Assembly: GCA_964188305.1 (NCBI GenBank)
Contig: OZ076886.1
DNA: 64,000 bases
DNA from: Podarcis bocagei
Lineage: Eukaryota
Reading direction: 5' to 3' (one strand)
Shown here: positions 50,930 through 62,720 of the stretch, piece after piece
How positions within the stretch are numbered: position 1 is the first letter of the stretch
Layout of the letters: the number at the start of each line of letters is the position of its first letter
Position numbers and translations under genes: made by a program
The notes under the pieces: generated by a model
What the model saw: the letters and a program-made list of their open reading frames with translations, nothing else
The model's database searches: none
Told to the model about the DNA's origin: nothing

Positions 50930-51077
50930 CAGAGTTCAGTTGGTAGAGCATGAGATTCTTAATCTCAAGGTTGGGAGTTCAAGTCCCACCTTGGGCAAAA
51001 GATTCCTGTATCGCAGAGGGTTAGACTAGATGACCTTTGTGGTCCTTTCCAGCTATGCAATTCTATGATTCTATGAT
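50930..51077 (+). mobile_element. tRNA(Lys)-derived SINE with CR1 tail; head fragment also at 37985-38032
   Basis: CAGTTGGTAGAGCATGAGATTCTTAATCTCAAGGTTGGGAGTTCAAGTCCCAC followed by GGGTTAGACTAGATGACC...TTCTATGATTCTATGA. Confidence 0.85.
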
Positions 51078-51828
51078 ACTGAGGCAGACCATTAGTCCAT
51101 TTAGGTTCATATTAGGAGATACTGTACCAGGGATTGAACCAGGGACCTTCTGCCTGCAAAATGTGTGATCTAGTGCTGAGCTACAACCCCTCCCTTCAGA
51201 CTCCAGGGAGCAGAGAATGGCCGTGTTAGCATTTTGTGTCCTCCCACATCAACAGTGTACTTCCCTCCAGCCCGTTTCACGTTAAATAATTTCTGCTTGC
51301 TTTGGCCACTTGCTGAGAAGCAAAGCAATAGCTGCTCCACATCCCTTTGCAGTGAGTAATGGAATATATGGGCACGTAAAGGACACTCGACCCAATCACG
51401 TTTGCACAGTTGGCTGGATGTGCTTCAGAGCTGTGTGCTCTACTTTTCAAACATCACAGGAAAACAGATGTCTAGCCCTGGTTGCTTCGTCAGTAATTGA
51501 ACAGCAAACGCCTGTGGGTGAGCGAGACCCCTGCAGCGATATGGCTCTCTGTGTCCAGCAACAAGTCTAGCAGTAAAGTGCCAGGGTTGAAGCCTCCAAG
51601 CAAGTTATCAAATGGTCACAAATGTGTGAACTGCTCCCAAGCCTCCAATGGTCCAGCATGAACATGTCCAGCAATTCTAGCAGTAAACCAATGGGGGAAA
51701 GGATAGAAAAACCAAGCAGCCCAATTGAAGAATTGCTGTGGGTGTGGATATGTGCAGGGTGCACAAATAAAGCCCTAAATCAAAGAGAGAGATCCAAAAG
51801 AGCTTCATCTCTTGAAGATACTATAGAG

Positions 51829-51966
51829 TAGCCTTTCTCAACCTGTGGGTCCCCAGATGTTGTTGGACTACAACTCCCATCACCCCTAGCTAGCAAGGTC
51901 AGAGCTCAGGGATGATGGGAGTTGTAGTCCAACAACATCTGGGGACCCACAGGTTAAGAACCACTG
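51829..51966. mobile_element. hAT MITE
   Basis: Long inverted arms AACCTGTGGGTCCCCAGATGTTGTTGGACTACAACTCCCATCA; TSD CTATAGAG (51821-51828, 51967-51974). Confidence 0.9.
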
Positions 51967-51974
51967 CTATAGAG

Positions 51975-52386
51975 TATGGCAGTCTGACTATTCATGCCAA
52001 GTGGGCTGCAAGAGGACATTGACATGGAACCTGCAGGCCACACATGGCCTTGTGCAGTTGCGGGGGAGAGCGAGGCCAAAATTTGACACCCCACCAGCTC
52101 TTGAGCTGCCTTCCCAAAGCTGGTTAAGGGTGGTGCTGGGCTTTGGGAAGGCACAAGACTCTGGCAGGGTCCCAGACCCCTCCCACGTCCTCCCCAAAGC
52201 TGGGAAAGTGCTAACTAGGATCTGGGAAGGAGGCCTCATATCGCCTTCCCAAAGCCCAGTGCCTTACTTACCTGCCTTTGGAAAGGAAGTGCGGGGGTAG
52301 GTGGGGGGCATCAAATGTTGCCAAGGGCTGCAAAAAAGGCCTTGAGGGCCGCATGTGGACCTGGGGCCATGCATTGGACCACCCTG
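51975..52386. mobile_element. Older non-autonomous hAT element
   Basis: Right end TTGGACCACCCTG followed by CTATAGAA, matching the upstream CTATAGAG. Internal repeats of CTTCCCAAAGC. Confidence 0.6.
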
Positions 52387-53916
52387 CTATAGAAAAAATG
52401 GTTCCCTCTGCCGTGACCAACTATAGAAAAACAGTTCCCACAGTCTCAAGCTGTACAGACACAAGCTTCCAATTTTTAAAATATTTCAAGGTCCAGGGAA
52501 CCACCTGCTACTACAGCTCAGAGTTCTTCCATGTAACTCTTTCCTGCTGCCATCTGTTCCCTCTGAATTCTTTCAAAACCTTCTAGTAGCTTGGTATAGC
52601 AGGCTTTGGTATGAAATTGATACCAACACTGAAGATGGAACAAAGTATTAATTAAATTGATTACAGGGATACTTTGCACGTAAGGGAATACTGAACTCAA
52701 CTGTACTCAACAGTTTCTAAGGACTGAAGAGGCACAACACCTGACACCAGCCTCTAACCTACATGCCAGCCAATTCCACTCATTACCTGAGTGGTCACTG
52801 TTGGGTTTCATCCACATCCGTTTACAGCTTTGGGGTCCCAGCTGTCTTCTAAATGCCTGCTAGTTCCCACTGCTAGTTTCCTACCCTGAAATATTGCACT
52901 TTAAGATGCATGTTTAGCTCAGGCATCTCAGCTGATTAATGATCCCAGTTTTTCTGTAATCTTGGACCTCCTGTGGTCAGCTGCTGCCTGCCTGGAATAA
53001 ATTGGGTGGACAAGAAAGAAAGACTTGCTGGGAAACTATGCAGAAGGGAAATGGGAAAAGGGAAATCTTATTTCTACTTCAAAGCCAGGAGTAACAATTT
53101 CAAGGATGGTTAAACTATCCCCATACTGGCTAGAAAAGTGAGATTTGGTAGAAACCTAGCCCAAGGCACTATTGTGATGAAGAAAAGTCTGAGCTGAAGA
53201 TATATGCATCTCTTTCTCTCTCTGTCTCTCTTTAAATCGGAAGGATGAATTGTACCTTGGAGTAGTTAAGCTCCTCCTGCCCCATCCTCTGATTACTGGA
53301 ATGGTTCGCCAAATGGGCCTTTTTATTGTTATAAAAGCCTAACAGATAAAACTTAGGACAGGAATTTTTTTTGGGGGGGACCATTCCTGTTTACCCGGGC
53401 ATTTGATGGCCGAAATACATTGTTCCTGGCGACTTTGAGATCACCGTTTTTAGAATAACTGCTTTTAGAATGATTTAAAATTATAATAGTGATAATGATA
53501 ATAGCAATGTGTGGGCTGCCTTGGGCTCATTAAGGAAGAAGGCTAGGGTATAAATTGAATAAACAAACAAATAAGCACACTGCTGCACAAGGCAAGCACC
53601 AACATTTATGCAACAGGAGTTTGGGCTGTTGGAGTTCTGTTTACATATTTTGAAGAGCAAAAAAGATGACACATTTGTCAACTTTTACTTTTAACTATGG
53701 ATCGCTACGACGACTCTCATTTTACTTACCCATGGGAAAGAGGACATGTCCTGGAAAAAGAGGACATATGGCAACCCTAAATTTTCTGAGCATGTGGGGA
53801 GAGGCATTCGGGCAGGCTGGTAGGAGAAGTGAGCGGGCAAGCAGGCAGAAATATATTGCATGCAGGTGGGTAGGTGTGAGAGGTAAGCTGATGGGGGCCA
53901 CAGAGGGGAGGCTTGC

Positions 53917-54299
53917 TGTCACGGTCTGGTTTATGGGCGGTTGAAGTCCTGGCGGCAGATGTCAGGACCGGGGGCAAGATGGCGGGGTGGGAGCAGGAAC
54001 GGGAGTCCAGAAACCAGGAATCAGGAAGCCAAGGGTCAGGAGCCAAGGGTCCGAGGATCAGGAAGCAAGGAGTCAAGAAGCCAAACGCAGCAAGGCAGGA
54101 AGTGTGTTGCTGTGGCAAAGAGCCAAAGGGAAATGCTGACCTTATGTCCCTTCCCGGCTCTTGCCACCAGGTGCTGTGAGTTACCAACCGGCCTCACCTG
54201 TGTGGCCGCGCCTTGCCTCTTCAGAACGAACTTAGGAAAGCCCCAGTTCTGCGAAGCCCTACAGGTCACAGGGCCCAGCTCCTGCACGCACTCCTGACA
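53917..54299 (-). mobile_element. Solo LTR (Gypsy-like), 383 bp
   Basis: TGTCA...TGACA termini with 5-bp TSD CTTGC (53912-53916, 54300-54304). Orientation inferred from the pyrimidine-rich U5-like tract and CATAA motifs on the minus strand. Confidence 0.85.
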
Positions 54300-54924
54300 C
54301 TTGCATCCAGTTGTATGCAGCAGAGGTGTGCTTCACAGAAGTGCAGGGACCACCGGAGAAGTATAAGAAGGTAAGTGAGGAGGGGCAATATTTTGTTCAA
54401 GTTGGCACCTATGACTGTGAATGGCTGGATTGCTAGGAGCAGAAACTTCCTTCCATAGTTATGTATGAATATCAGTGTGTGTGTGAGACGCACACAGAGA
54501 GAAAGACAGAGAGAGAACGAGAGAGAGATTAGACATATTCATGGAAGACAGTTAAATTAAACCTCTATGTCAAGAGATAGATAGGGAAGCTGGGGCCCTC
54601 CAAATGTTGCTGGACTCCAGTTCCCTCCAGCCCCAGCCCCTATGGCCAATGGACAGAGATGATAGTCATTGTAGTCCAACACCATTGGGAGAGAACCAGG
54701 TCCCCCTATTCCTGCCCTATCTTCAGAGACACTGTGCCTTGAATACCATATGATGCCTAGGGATAAATAACAAAGGAAGGGCTGTACCTTTGCTTCTTTC
54801 TCAGCAACATCTATGCTGGCTTGGCCATGTCCATAAAATGGAAGATGACAGCATCCCCTGAGGATGTGCTTTACAGGGAGCTGGCTTCAGACACCAGGAT
54901 TGTTGGCAGACCAACTCTGCCTTG

Positions 54925-55257
54925 TCTGTAAACATGACAAGAAGGCTGGCAACATCAACCCCGCTGTGTGGGAATCCCTTGCAGATGACCGCAGTGCCTG
55001 GAGACAGTCAGGCTGTGTATACACAGCAGTGACCAGAGGAGGAATGACCACTGGGAGGAGCACAGAGAAAAGAAATGGCATGGTGCACCTGCAGCAGCAC
55101 AACCAGACACCTTCATCTGCCCCAGCTGCAACAGAACACGTCTCTCCCATATCAGTCTCTACAGCCACAGCTGGCGATGTAACCGTCCAACAGTTTGTCT
55201 TCACCCGCAAAGTTGCACTCCTCCATTGTCTCCCGACGCAGACAGATGCCAACAACA
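54925..55257 (+). mobile_element. RTE-clade LINE 3' fragment with zinc-finger-like C-terminus
   Basis: INPAVWESLADDRSAWRQ, then FICPSCNRTRLSHISLYSHSWRC in another frame; CAACAAC tail. Confidence 0.75.
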
Positions 55258-57536
55258 GTCCCAGAGGTGTCTGGCTGGCTGACAAGATGCTGTCCTAAAT
55301 GGTTAGCACTTTTTGTACATTTATTATGGAAAAGGTTTTGTGATGCGCATTGGCAGGGGGAGAAGGAGCTACTGGAGCGGATAAGGCAGGATGGTAGAAC
55401 CACCTCTTCCTGCTCAGCTCCAAATCCATTCATGGTTAGACAGCAGCCCTAGCAAACAGGCTTCAATGTATGGAACTTAAAGTAGTGCTGAAATATGTCC
55501 CTGGTTCAGAGGACCCAACATCCCATAGGGCTGAGTTAATGCTGACCTCTCAGGTGGGGCAGTGAGGATTTTTGTCCTTTGAATTTACATGCAGTAAATT
55601 CTACCTCTATTGGTCCTGGCAATGGGGTGTGTGTAAGTTGCAGACAAACTGTGAGAGGCAATCCATAATCATCATTCTTCATAGTCTTTACCTTGTTAAT
55701 GGGAGCGACTGGCCCTTTCATTTTTCTTTGTGGAGGGAAATGAGCAGGAGCAGTCATTCAGGCTCACTCGGGGGGGGGGGGGCGATTAGGCTACATAATC
55801 AGCACCTCCAAATCTCAAGAGCACTAATACCTGTTCGGTTCTTAAAAGATGTTTGTTTTTTTTTCCTCTATACAGGTTCACAAAGTTAATCATTTCATTG
55901 GATTTTATTTATAGTGTGTTACTTTATTTATCATGGACGCTTTAGTTGAGATTCCTGCATTGCTGGGGGTTGGACTGGATGACCTTCTGGGTCCCTTCCA
56001 ACTCTACGATTCTGCTGTTCTATGATTCTGTCTTACAAATATGCAAAACACTAAAGCATAAAGGGCAGGATTTGCCTAACAAACCCCACCAATGAAAGCC
56101 CTGGGCAAGGGGTTCCACATGCACAACAGGGCTTTCCTCCGTCCTCCTCCTGTGCCCCCCACACCCTCCAAAATTGGCTTGGAAGGTTAGGAGAACCCCC
56201 AGAAGTGTGTGTGTGTGTGTGTCTGACAAGCTGATTTGTTTGTGCAGATGGAACATTCAACGTGGTGCAACACTGGGTTCCACCCAAACAGTGAATCCAC
56301 ATCTTAGGAACGTAAATACTAATATATCAGGGAATTTCATTTGAACTGTCATAATAAATCAAATAGATGTTCAGAATTTACAGATAATTATACATTTGCT
56401 CTCCAGTTAACAATAGAGAGTTGCCAGTTCTGTTAAAAAACACTGCAGCGCAGTCTTCCTTCTCTGGTTTTGCGCGGCGAATTAATGTTGACAAAACAGC
56501 ACATTCATGGACTTTGCTTTCCTATTCAGACATGTTTAGGTTTTCTGCCAACCTCTGGTATTTTACAAACAAGATTCTAGCTGATGTGATAATGTGTCAC
56601 AATATCTTGTATATCTCCATAGGTAATTTTTGGGATAAAGTCAAAGGAATGCAACAGGATCTAAGAGTGCAATCATACCCCAACTCCTTGCCCACTCCCA
56701 GTTGAAGGCTGGGGTGGTGGTTTAGAATTGCTCTGCCCATAAAAGTTAGTTATTCTAGAGGTTGCACTTCTGATATTAGACCACCACTTTTATGCAACCA
56801 ACATATCCACCATGAGTGACAAAAAGCATCATGCATCAAAGACATATCTGCCTTATTCTGATTAACTTAATGAACTGTTTCCAACAAGGCCCTAGAATGC
56901 TTTGAAATGGGTACAAGGCCACGGTGGATAAGCAAATACGTTTTTCCACTTTGCCTTAAACTTAAGGGCACGATCCAACCACAGTTAAATGATTTTTAGT
57001 CCAACTGATTTCAGCAAGAGACAGTAAAGTACCCTGGAAAGGACTGCTTATATGAACTTACATTTAGCTTACCTTAAATGTTCATTAGTGTCTGTATATG
57101 ACTATGAACATTAAATGTTCCGCTCTCTTTATTCTAACAGGCAAATAAAAACCAGCAGTTATGCAAGATTTCCATTTTAATTAGGATTATTGCTCTGATA
57201 ATCAGCATGTCTTCGCTGCTGGATGTCCACAGACTAATGACCCTTGAGGATCAATCATATTTGGAGCTTGATTTCATAGCACTTTTTTATGTCAGCTTGT
57301 TTCAGGGGTAGAGGAAGCAGCTATGTTTTGATGAAGTCCTGCTAGATGTTTGGCGAGTGCTTTCCTGGATCATTCCAAGTGCTACCTCCTCATTTCTGAT
57401 CAGTCAAGCAGCATGGAGATGTTGTTTGCTTGTCTAGACACTTAGATTTGATCTAATTGTGAGTCGTAATGGGAATCATTAGCCTTTAGAAGAGAAATTG
57501 CAAGCAGCTGAGCAGCCTGCCAGTGCATTTGCTCCT

Positions 57537-57896
57537 GGGGATATGGGTGGCGCTGTGGTCTAAACCACTGAGCCTAGGGCTTGCCGATTGGAAGGTTGGC
57601 AGTTCGAATCCCCGCAACGGGGTGAGCTCCTGTTGCTCGGTCCCTGCTCCTGCCAACCTAGCAGTCCGAAAGCACATCAAAGTGCAAGTTGATAAATAGG
57701 TACCGCTCCGGTGGGAAGGTAAACAGTGTTTCTGTGTGCTGCTCTGGTTCACCAGAATCGGCTTAGTCATGCTGGCTACATGACCCGGAAGCTGTACACC
57801 GGCTCCCTCGGCCAGTAAAGTGAGATGAGCGCTGCAACCCCAGAGTCGGCCACAACTGGACCTAATGGTCAGGGGTCCCGTTTACCTTTACCTTTA
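57537..57896 (+). mobile_element. Sauria SINE
   Basis: Full-length match to the other copies; TTTACCTTTACCTTTA tail. Confidence 0.93.
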
Positions 57897-58392
57897 AGAT
57901 CTCATTGCAATCTTTACAAATGGATTCAGGCACACATGCTTTTAGCAGACTGAGGTGGCATGAATCACCTTATGCAGATTACATGGACCAAGGTACTTTG
58001 TCCTCATTAAGTAAAGAAGGAGGTGCATTTCTTAGGTTGCAAAAATGTACCCAGCCCTCTGGGAGTAAGTCCCATGAAACAGAATGGGAGGTACTTCTGA
58101 GGAGACATGCCCAGGATTATGCTGATTGAGAAGTTAAAAATGGGCTGGCTTGGATCTTGTTTACTGCAAGTGTCATGTCGAGATCCACACAAGAAGCCTT
58201 CACTCAAGTCCCAAACAAAAGTTCTAACTCTGGTTGGCCTTGCAGGTTCAACTTTGTTTTTCACTAGAATCTGAAGTCCACCAATCAGGTGCAAAAGACA
58301 AAGACTCATAGCACTGTAGAGTTGGAAGGGACCCAGGGGATCATCTAGTCCAGCCGCCTGCAATGCTGGAATGTGAAACTTGTCCCATAGGG

Positions 58393-60019
58393 CAGTGTTT
58401 TTCAACCACTGTTCTGCGGCACACTAGTGTGCCGCGAGATGTTGCCTGGTGTGCCGCGAGATGTTGCCTGGAGGGAGGCGGGCGAGTTGGGCGGCGAGAG
58501 GCGGGGCGGCGACGGCGAGGAGAGGCCGCCCAGCGCGGGGCTCTTGCCGTCTGCCTGCCTGGCTGCCTGCGAGCTCGGCGGGCAGCGCCTCCATCCGCAG
58601 CGCCCGCCTCGCGGCTCTCATTCCCTGCCCCTGCCAAAGCTCACCCAGCCAAGCCGCGCTCTCCTTCCTGCCTCGCTTTGCTGCCTCCTCCCCCCCCACA
58701 GTGGCGTAGCGTGGGGGGTGCCAAGGGTGCCGGCCGCACCGGGCGCAACATCTGGGGGGGCGCGAGTCCAGAGGGAAGGGACAAGTTCCTTCCCCCGCCG
58801 GGCTCCCCGCAGCCACCGCCAGCCTTGTGCCCTAGCGCGCGCGCGCCCCCCGCCACCGCTGCGGCTGCGCTCCACTCACTGCTTGCAGGAGGAGCAGCCG
58901 CTGCAGCAGCGCCGACGCCGCCACCGACGCCTGGCCGGCACGGGCAGCCTCCACACCCCGACGCGCCGCCGGGCCTCGCCGCGCACTGCGCTCCCCAAAA
59001 AGCTCCGAGAGGAAGCCGGTGGGCGGGCGAGGCCCGGCTAAGCCTCTCGCCAGCGGGTTAAGGGGCTTTTGGTTTTAAAAGGATTAGCTTGGGAAGGGGC
59101 GGGGGGGGGGGCTGCTCGCCGGCAAGCGCCTGCTCCGCGTTTCCAAAGGCGCTCGCCATCCGAGGGACACGGAGCGCTTGCAAGGAACGGGCTCCGTGGA
59201 GCAGGTTAGGAAGAGATCCCTTCCCTGGCAGGCCGCCGGCTTCGCCAGCTGTTTCCCATTCACGATCAGGAGGAACTTCAGGCTGCTTTCAGCTTTGGTA
59301 GAGGGAATCTAAGCAAGGGGATGGAGCCGGTGCCCTGAGGAAAGGCGGCAGCATTGGGTTTATTTTAGTTTAGAGAAAAGGCAAGCAAGAGGCGACAGGA
59401 GAGAAGCCTACAAAACTAAGGCATGGCAAGGAGAGAGTGGACAGAGAGGAAAGTTTTTATCCCTCTCTCTGTACAATATAACTCGTGGGCATCCAGTGAA
59501 GCTGAACGTTGGAACAGTGGCGTAGCGTGGGGGGTGCCAAGGGTGCCGGCCGCACCGGGTGCAACATGGGGGGGGCGCGCTCGCACTCGGGTGCTAAAAT
59601 CCACGGGTTAGGGGGCGCAAATTACTTGCCTTGCCCCGGGTGCTGACAACCCATGCTGCGCCACTGCCCCCCCCACCCCCAAAGCTTGGAGGTTCCCCGG
59701 CGCCGACCCGCAGGTTTGACCCCCTTCTCACACCTGTTCACGCTCCTTGCACGGAATGGGGCGGATGGGGAGGAACGGGCTCGCCGCTGCCTCCGCTCAC
59801 CCTCCCCCCCTCCGCCGGCGGTCCCACGATTTTTGGCTTTTTGGCGGTTGGCACAGAAGGAAGGCAAGGGGGAGGGGAAAAAATTGAAACTTACACTTTC
59901 GTGCATCCCTCCCGGCGTGACGCTGCGCGCTGACGTCACGGGGCTGTAATGGTGGTGTGCCTCGAGATTTTTTTCATGAAACAAGTGTGCCTTTGCCCAA
60001 AAAAGGTTGGGAAACACTG
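58393..60019. mobile_element. Non-autonomous hAT (Charlie-like) element, 1627 bp
   Basis: TIRs CAGTGTTTTTCAACC / GGTTGGGAAACACTG, subterminal GTGTGCC repeats, perfect 8-bp TSD CCATAGGG (58385-58392, 60020-60027). No transposase. Confidence 0.93.
58699..59666. mobile_element. Nested TIR element with duplicated left end
   Basis: Left end CAGTGGCGTAGCGTGGGGGGTGCCAAGGGTGCCGGCCGCACCGGG at 58699 and 59515, right end GCTGCGCCACTG (59655-59666), flanked by C8A on both sides. Confidence 0.85.
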
Positions 60020-62434
60020 CCATAGGGGGATTGAGCAAGCAACCTTGGTGTTATCAGCACCAAGCTCTAGCCAACTGAGCTATACACACCAAGTAACATA
60101 CAGTTGAGTCCAGGAATTTGTTTTGAGTACAGTACTAGGATTTTATGGTCTTTCTATACAACTCCCCACCCTGCCCTCTCATCATTCCCCCTTCTTTATT
60201 TAAACATTATAGTTCAGGGTAGAGAGAGAAACTATTGGGAGTCAGAAATTCTGCATGAAGAAGTACTTTCTTTTAGCTGTCCTGAATCTTCCAACATTCA
60301 GCTTCATTGCATGCCCATGAATTCAAGTGCTATAAGAGAGGGAGAAGAACTTTTCTCTATCCAATGTCTCCATGCCAAGCATCATTCTATAAAGTTTATA
60401 CACTTTGTGCACAGACTTTGCTGTGGAACTACTGTTCAAATGGTAGGATCCTTAGCAAGCATCTCCCATGCATTTGCCAGGGCATGTGGTGCGGGGCACA
60501 TATGCACATCTCTGTATGTAACCTTTTTTTCTCATGCAAAGATTGCAGGAATCTGATATTGATGGGCCTGCTTCACCTCCCACACCACATACGCAGTAGT
60601 GCCACACAGCCATCTGCATAAACCATTCCCTTTTCTTTCTCCTTTACTTGCTGGCAGCTTGAGGCCACAATTCTACTTACCAGGACAAGAGTAAGTCCCA
60701 AGGAAGAAAGTAAGGCTTACGTCCAAGTAAACATGCAGAAGATTGCGCCAAAAGGCATAGCATGCTGAGCATTACAATGCGATGCCCTAAGCAACTTGTC
60801 TAATAATTGTTGAACATCTTTAAATAGGAGATACACAAAATGACCTCTGGGTAGGAGAACACCTTCAAAACACCCCAAAACGCATTGATTTGTGTGGAAC
60901 GTTTCTCCTCTCATACAAAACAGGATTTTTCTTAGTAGTGGAATGCGGAGCCCAGCAGGAAGCTGATGTCTACTCTGATGGCTGCCAGGACCACATGAAA
61001 TGTGTGGATTTTCCCTGTACATCTAGAGGGAAATATATGAGACACAGGGTGAGAGAGTGAAGAGCGCACACATCAAATTCCAAAAGCACACCGTGTGAAT
61101 GAAAGAAGCTATTTAAATATTATCTTGGCAGCTGGGAGCTTTTGCTATGGGCCTTTATCAGGAGAGAAAAAGCAGATAAATCAGCCAGTCCCTTTAGGCT
61201 GATGAGCTTATAATAATCACAGGCCCTGACAGGAGGTGTGCAAAAAAGAAAAAAAACCTCTTTCCAAATTAAAGGTTGTGTCAATGGAAAATTGAGATGA
61301 AGCACCTGAAAAAGGAAAGCAGGGCCATGGAGATATCAGGAAGATGGTAGGTGGATGGGTGTTGGAAGAATGATAAAAGGATTCTTTGGGAAGGTGTCTT
61401 TATCAGCTTGCTCAGAACTTCAAGAAAACCCTCTCTCTCCTATAGTCTATTTGACCACATGCAAAGGAAGGAAGGAATTTGTCAAGCAGCCCACAGGAAT
61501 TCTGCAATGCACCATTTAATGTTCGAGAAAGGGGGTGCCTATCTTGAAAGGTGAGGGATGTGCTATTAGATTATCCTTTCTTCAATGATTTTGCCGAAAT
61601 CTTCTGCAGCTGCTGGGGTGGCTCACATTCTCTCTCTCTCTCCCCCCCCCCCACCCCTTTAACTGAGAAAACACCAGCTAACCACCCTGGGCTGTGAACA
61701 AATAGCCCCCTTAACAAAGGACGTTCTTCCAATAACTGTAACAATTCATTCCAACAGGGGAAAGAAATGGCAAAGGGTGCAATTAGGGACATTATAGATA
61801 GCAAAACCTCCTCATCTCCCCTGACGCTGGGGGCCCAGGTGCACTTACAGTGCATTTCTATGAGCACAACATACACCAATAATTTACACCCACCAGCCCC
61901 TTCCTCCAATCACATCATGCCCATTACAGTGATGGATATTTTGCGATTACATAAATAAAAGGCAGTGAGGAAGAAAGGGGGGGTACACAAACAGGCCAAT
62001 ATCACTTTTCTTTTTGTTGATTGTGAAAGAAATCAGCACAAAGCACCTGACCTGGTTGCTGATTTCTTGGGTTAACAGCCCTGAGCATGGCAGGGAATGA
62101 CAATAGGCCAAGTGGCACTCTAATGTATTCTATGTCAATTCTCCTCTAATAGCATTATCCAGAGTCAGCTATGGTTTGTGGTGAAGTGTAACCTTCTCTA
62201 TATGGGAATTTAAAAACATTATTACCTCTGACAGATGTGACAGGATCACTGAATGCCCAGAAAAGCTAGACAGGGCAAAGAGACTCATGAAACGGTTACT
62301 TTTTTTATTTATACCGCAAGCCTAGTAGACAGTCCCCTCCTCCTCAGCTGAAAAAGCATCTTCTAAATCAGGGATGGGGAACCTGTGGTCCTCCAGGTGT
62401 TATTGGACCACAGTGTCTGATGCCTCTAATCAAA

Positions 62435-62720
62435 GAATTTTAGAGTTGGAAGGGACAACAAGCGTCATCTAGTCCAAACCTCTGCAATGCAGGAATCACA
62501 GCTGATGCATCCATGACAGATGGTCATCCATCCTCTGCTTAAAAACCTCCAAGGAAGGAGACCCCACAACCTCCCAAGGGAGTCTGTTCCACTGTCTAAC
62601 ATCTCTTACTGTCAGAAAGTTCTTCCTGATGTTTAGTCAGAATCTCCTCTTGTGTAACCTGAAGCCATTGGTTTGAGTCCTACCCTCCAGAGCTGGAGAA
62701 AACAAGTTTGTTCCATCTTC
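62435..62720 (-). mobile_element. CR1 LINE 3' end
   Basis: Minus translation LFSPALEGRTQTNGFRLHKRRF; terminus AGAGTTGGAAGGGAC...CATCTAGTCCAA. Confidence 0.9.

Larger units (their letters stand above)
58306..60082 (-). mobile_element. tRNA(Ile)-like-head / CR1-tail SINE split by the hAT insertion (58306-58392 and 60020-60082)
   Basis: Minus head TAGCTCAGTTGGCTAGAGCTTGGTGCTGATAACACCAAGG; the CR1 tail lies on the other side of the TSD. Confidence 0.7.

Noticed and set aside
58341-59061. ORFs up to 232 aa and an apparent gene promoter
   Set aside because: Essentially confined to a TSD-bounded hAT element; GC-driven ORFs with no transposase motifs.
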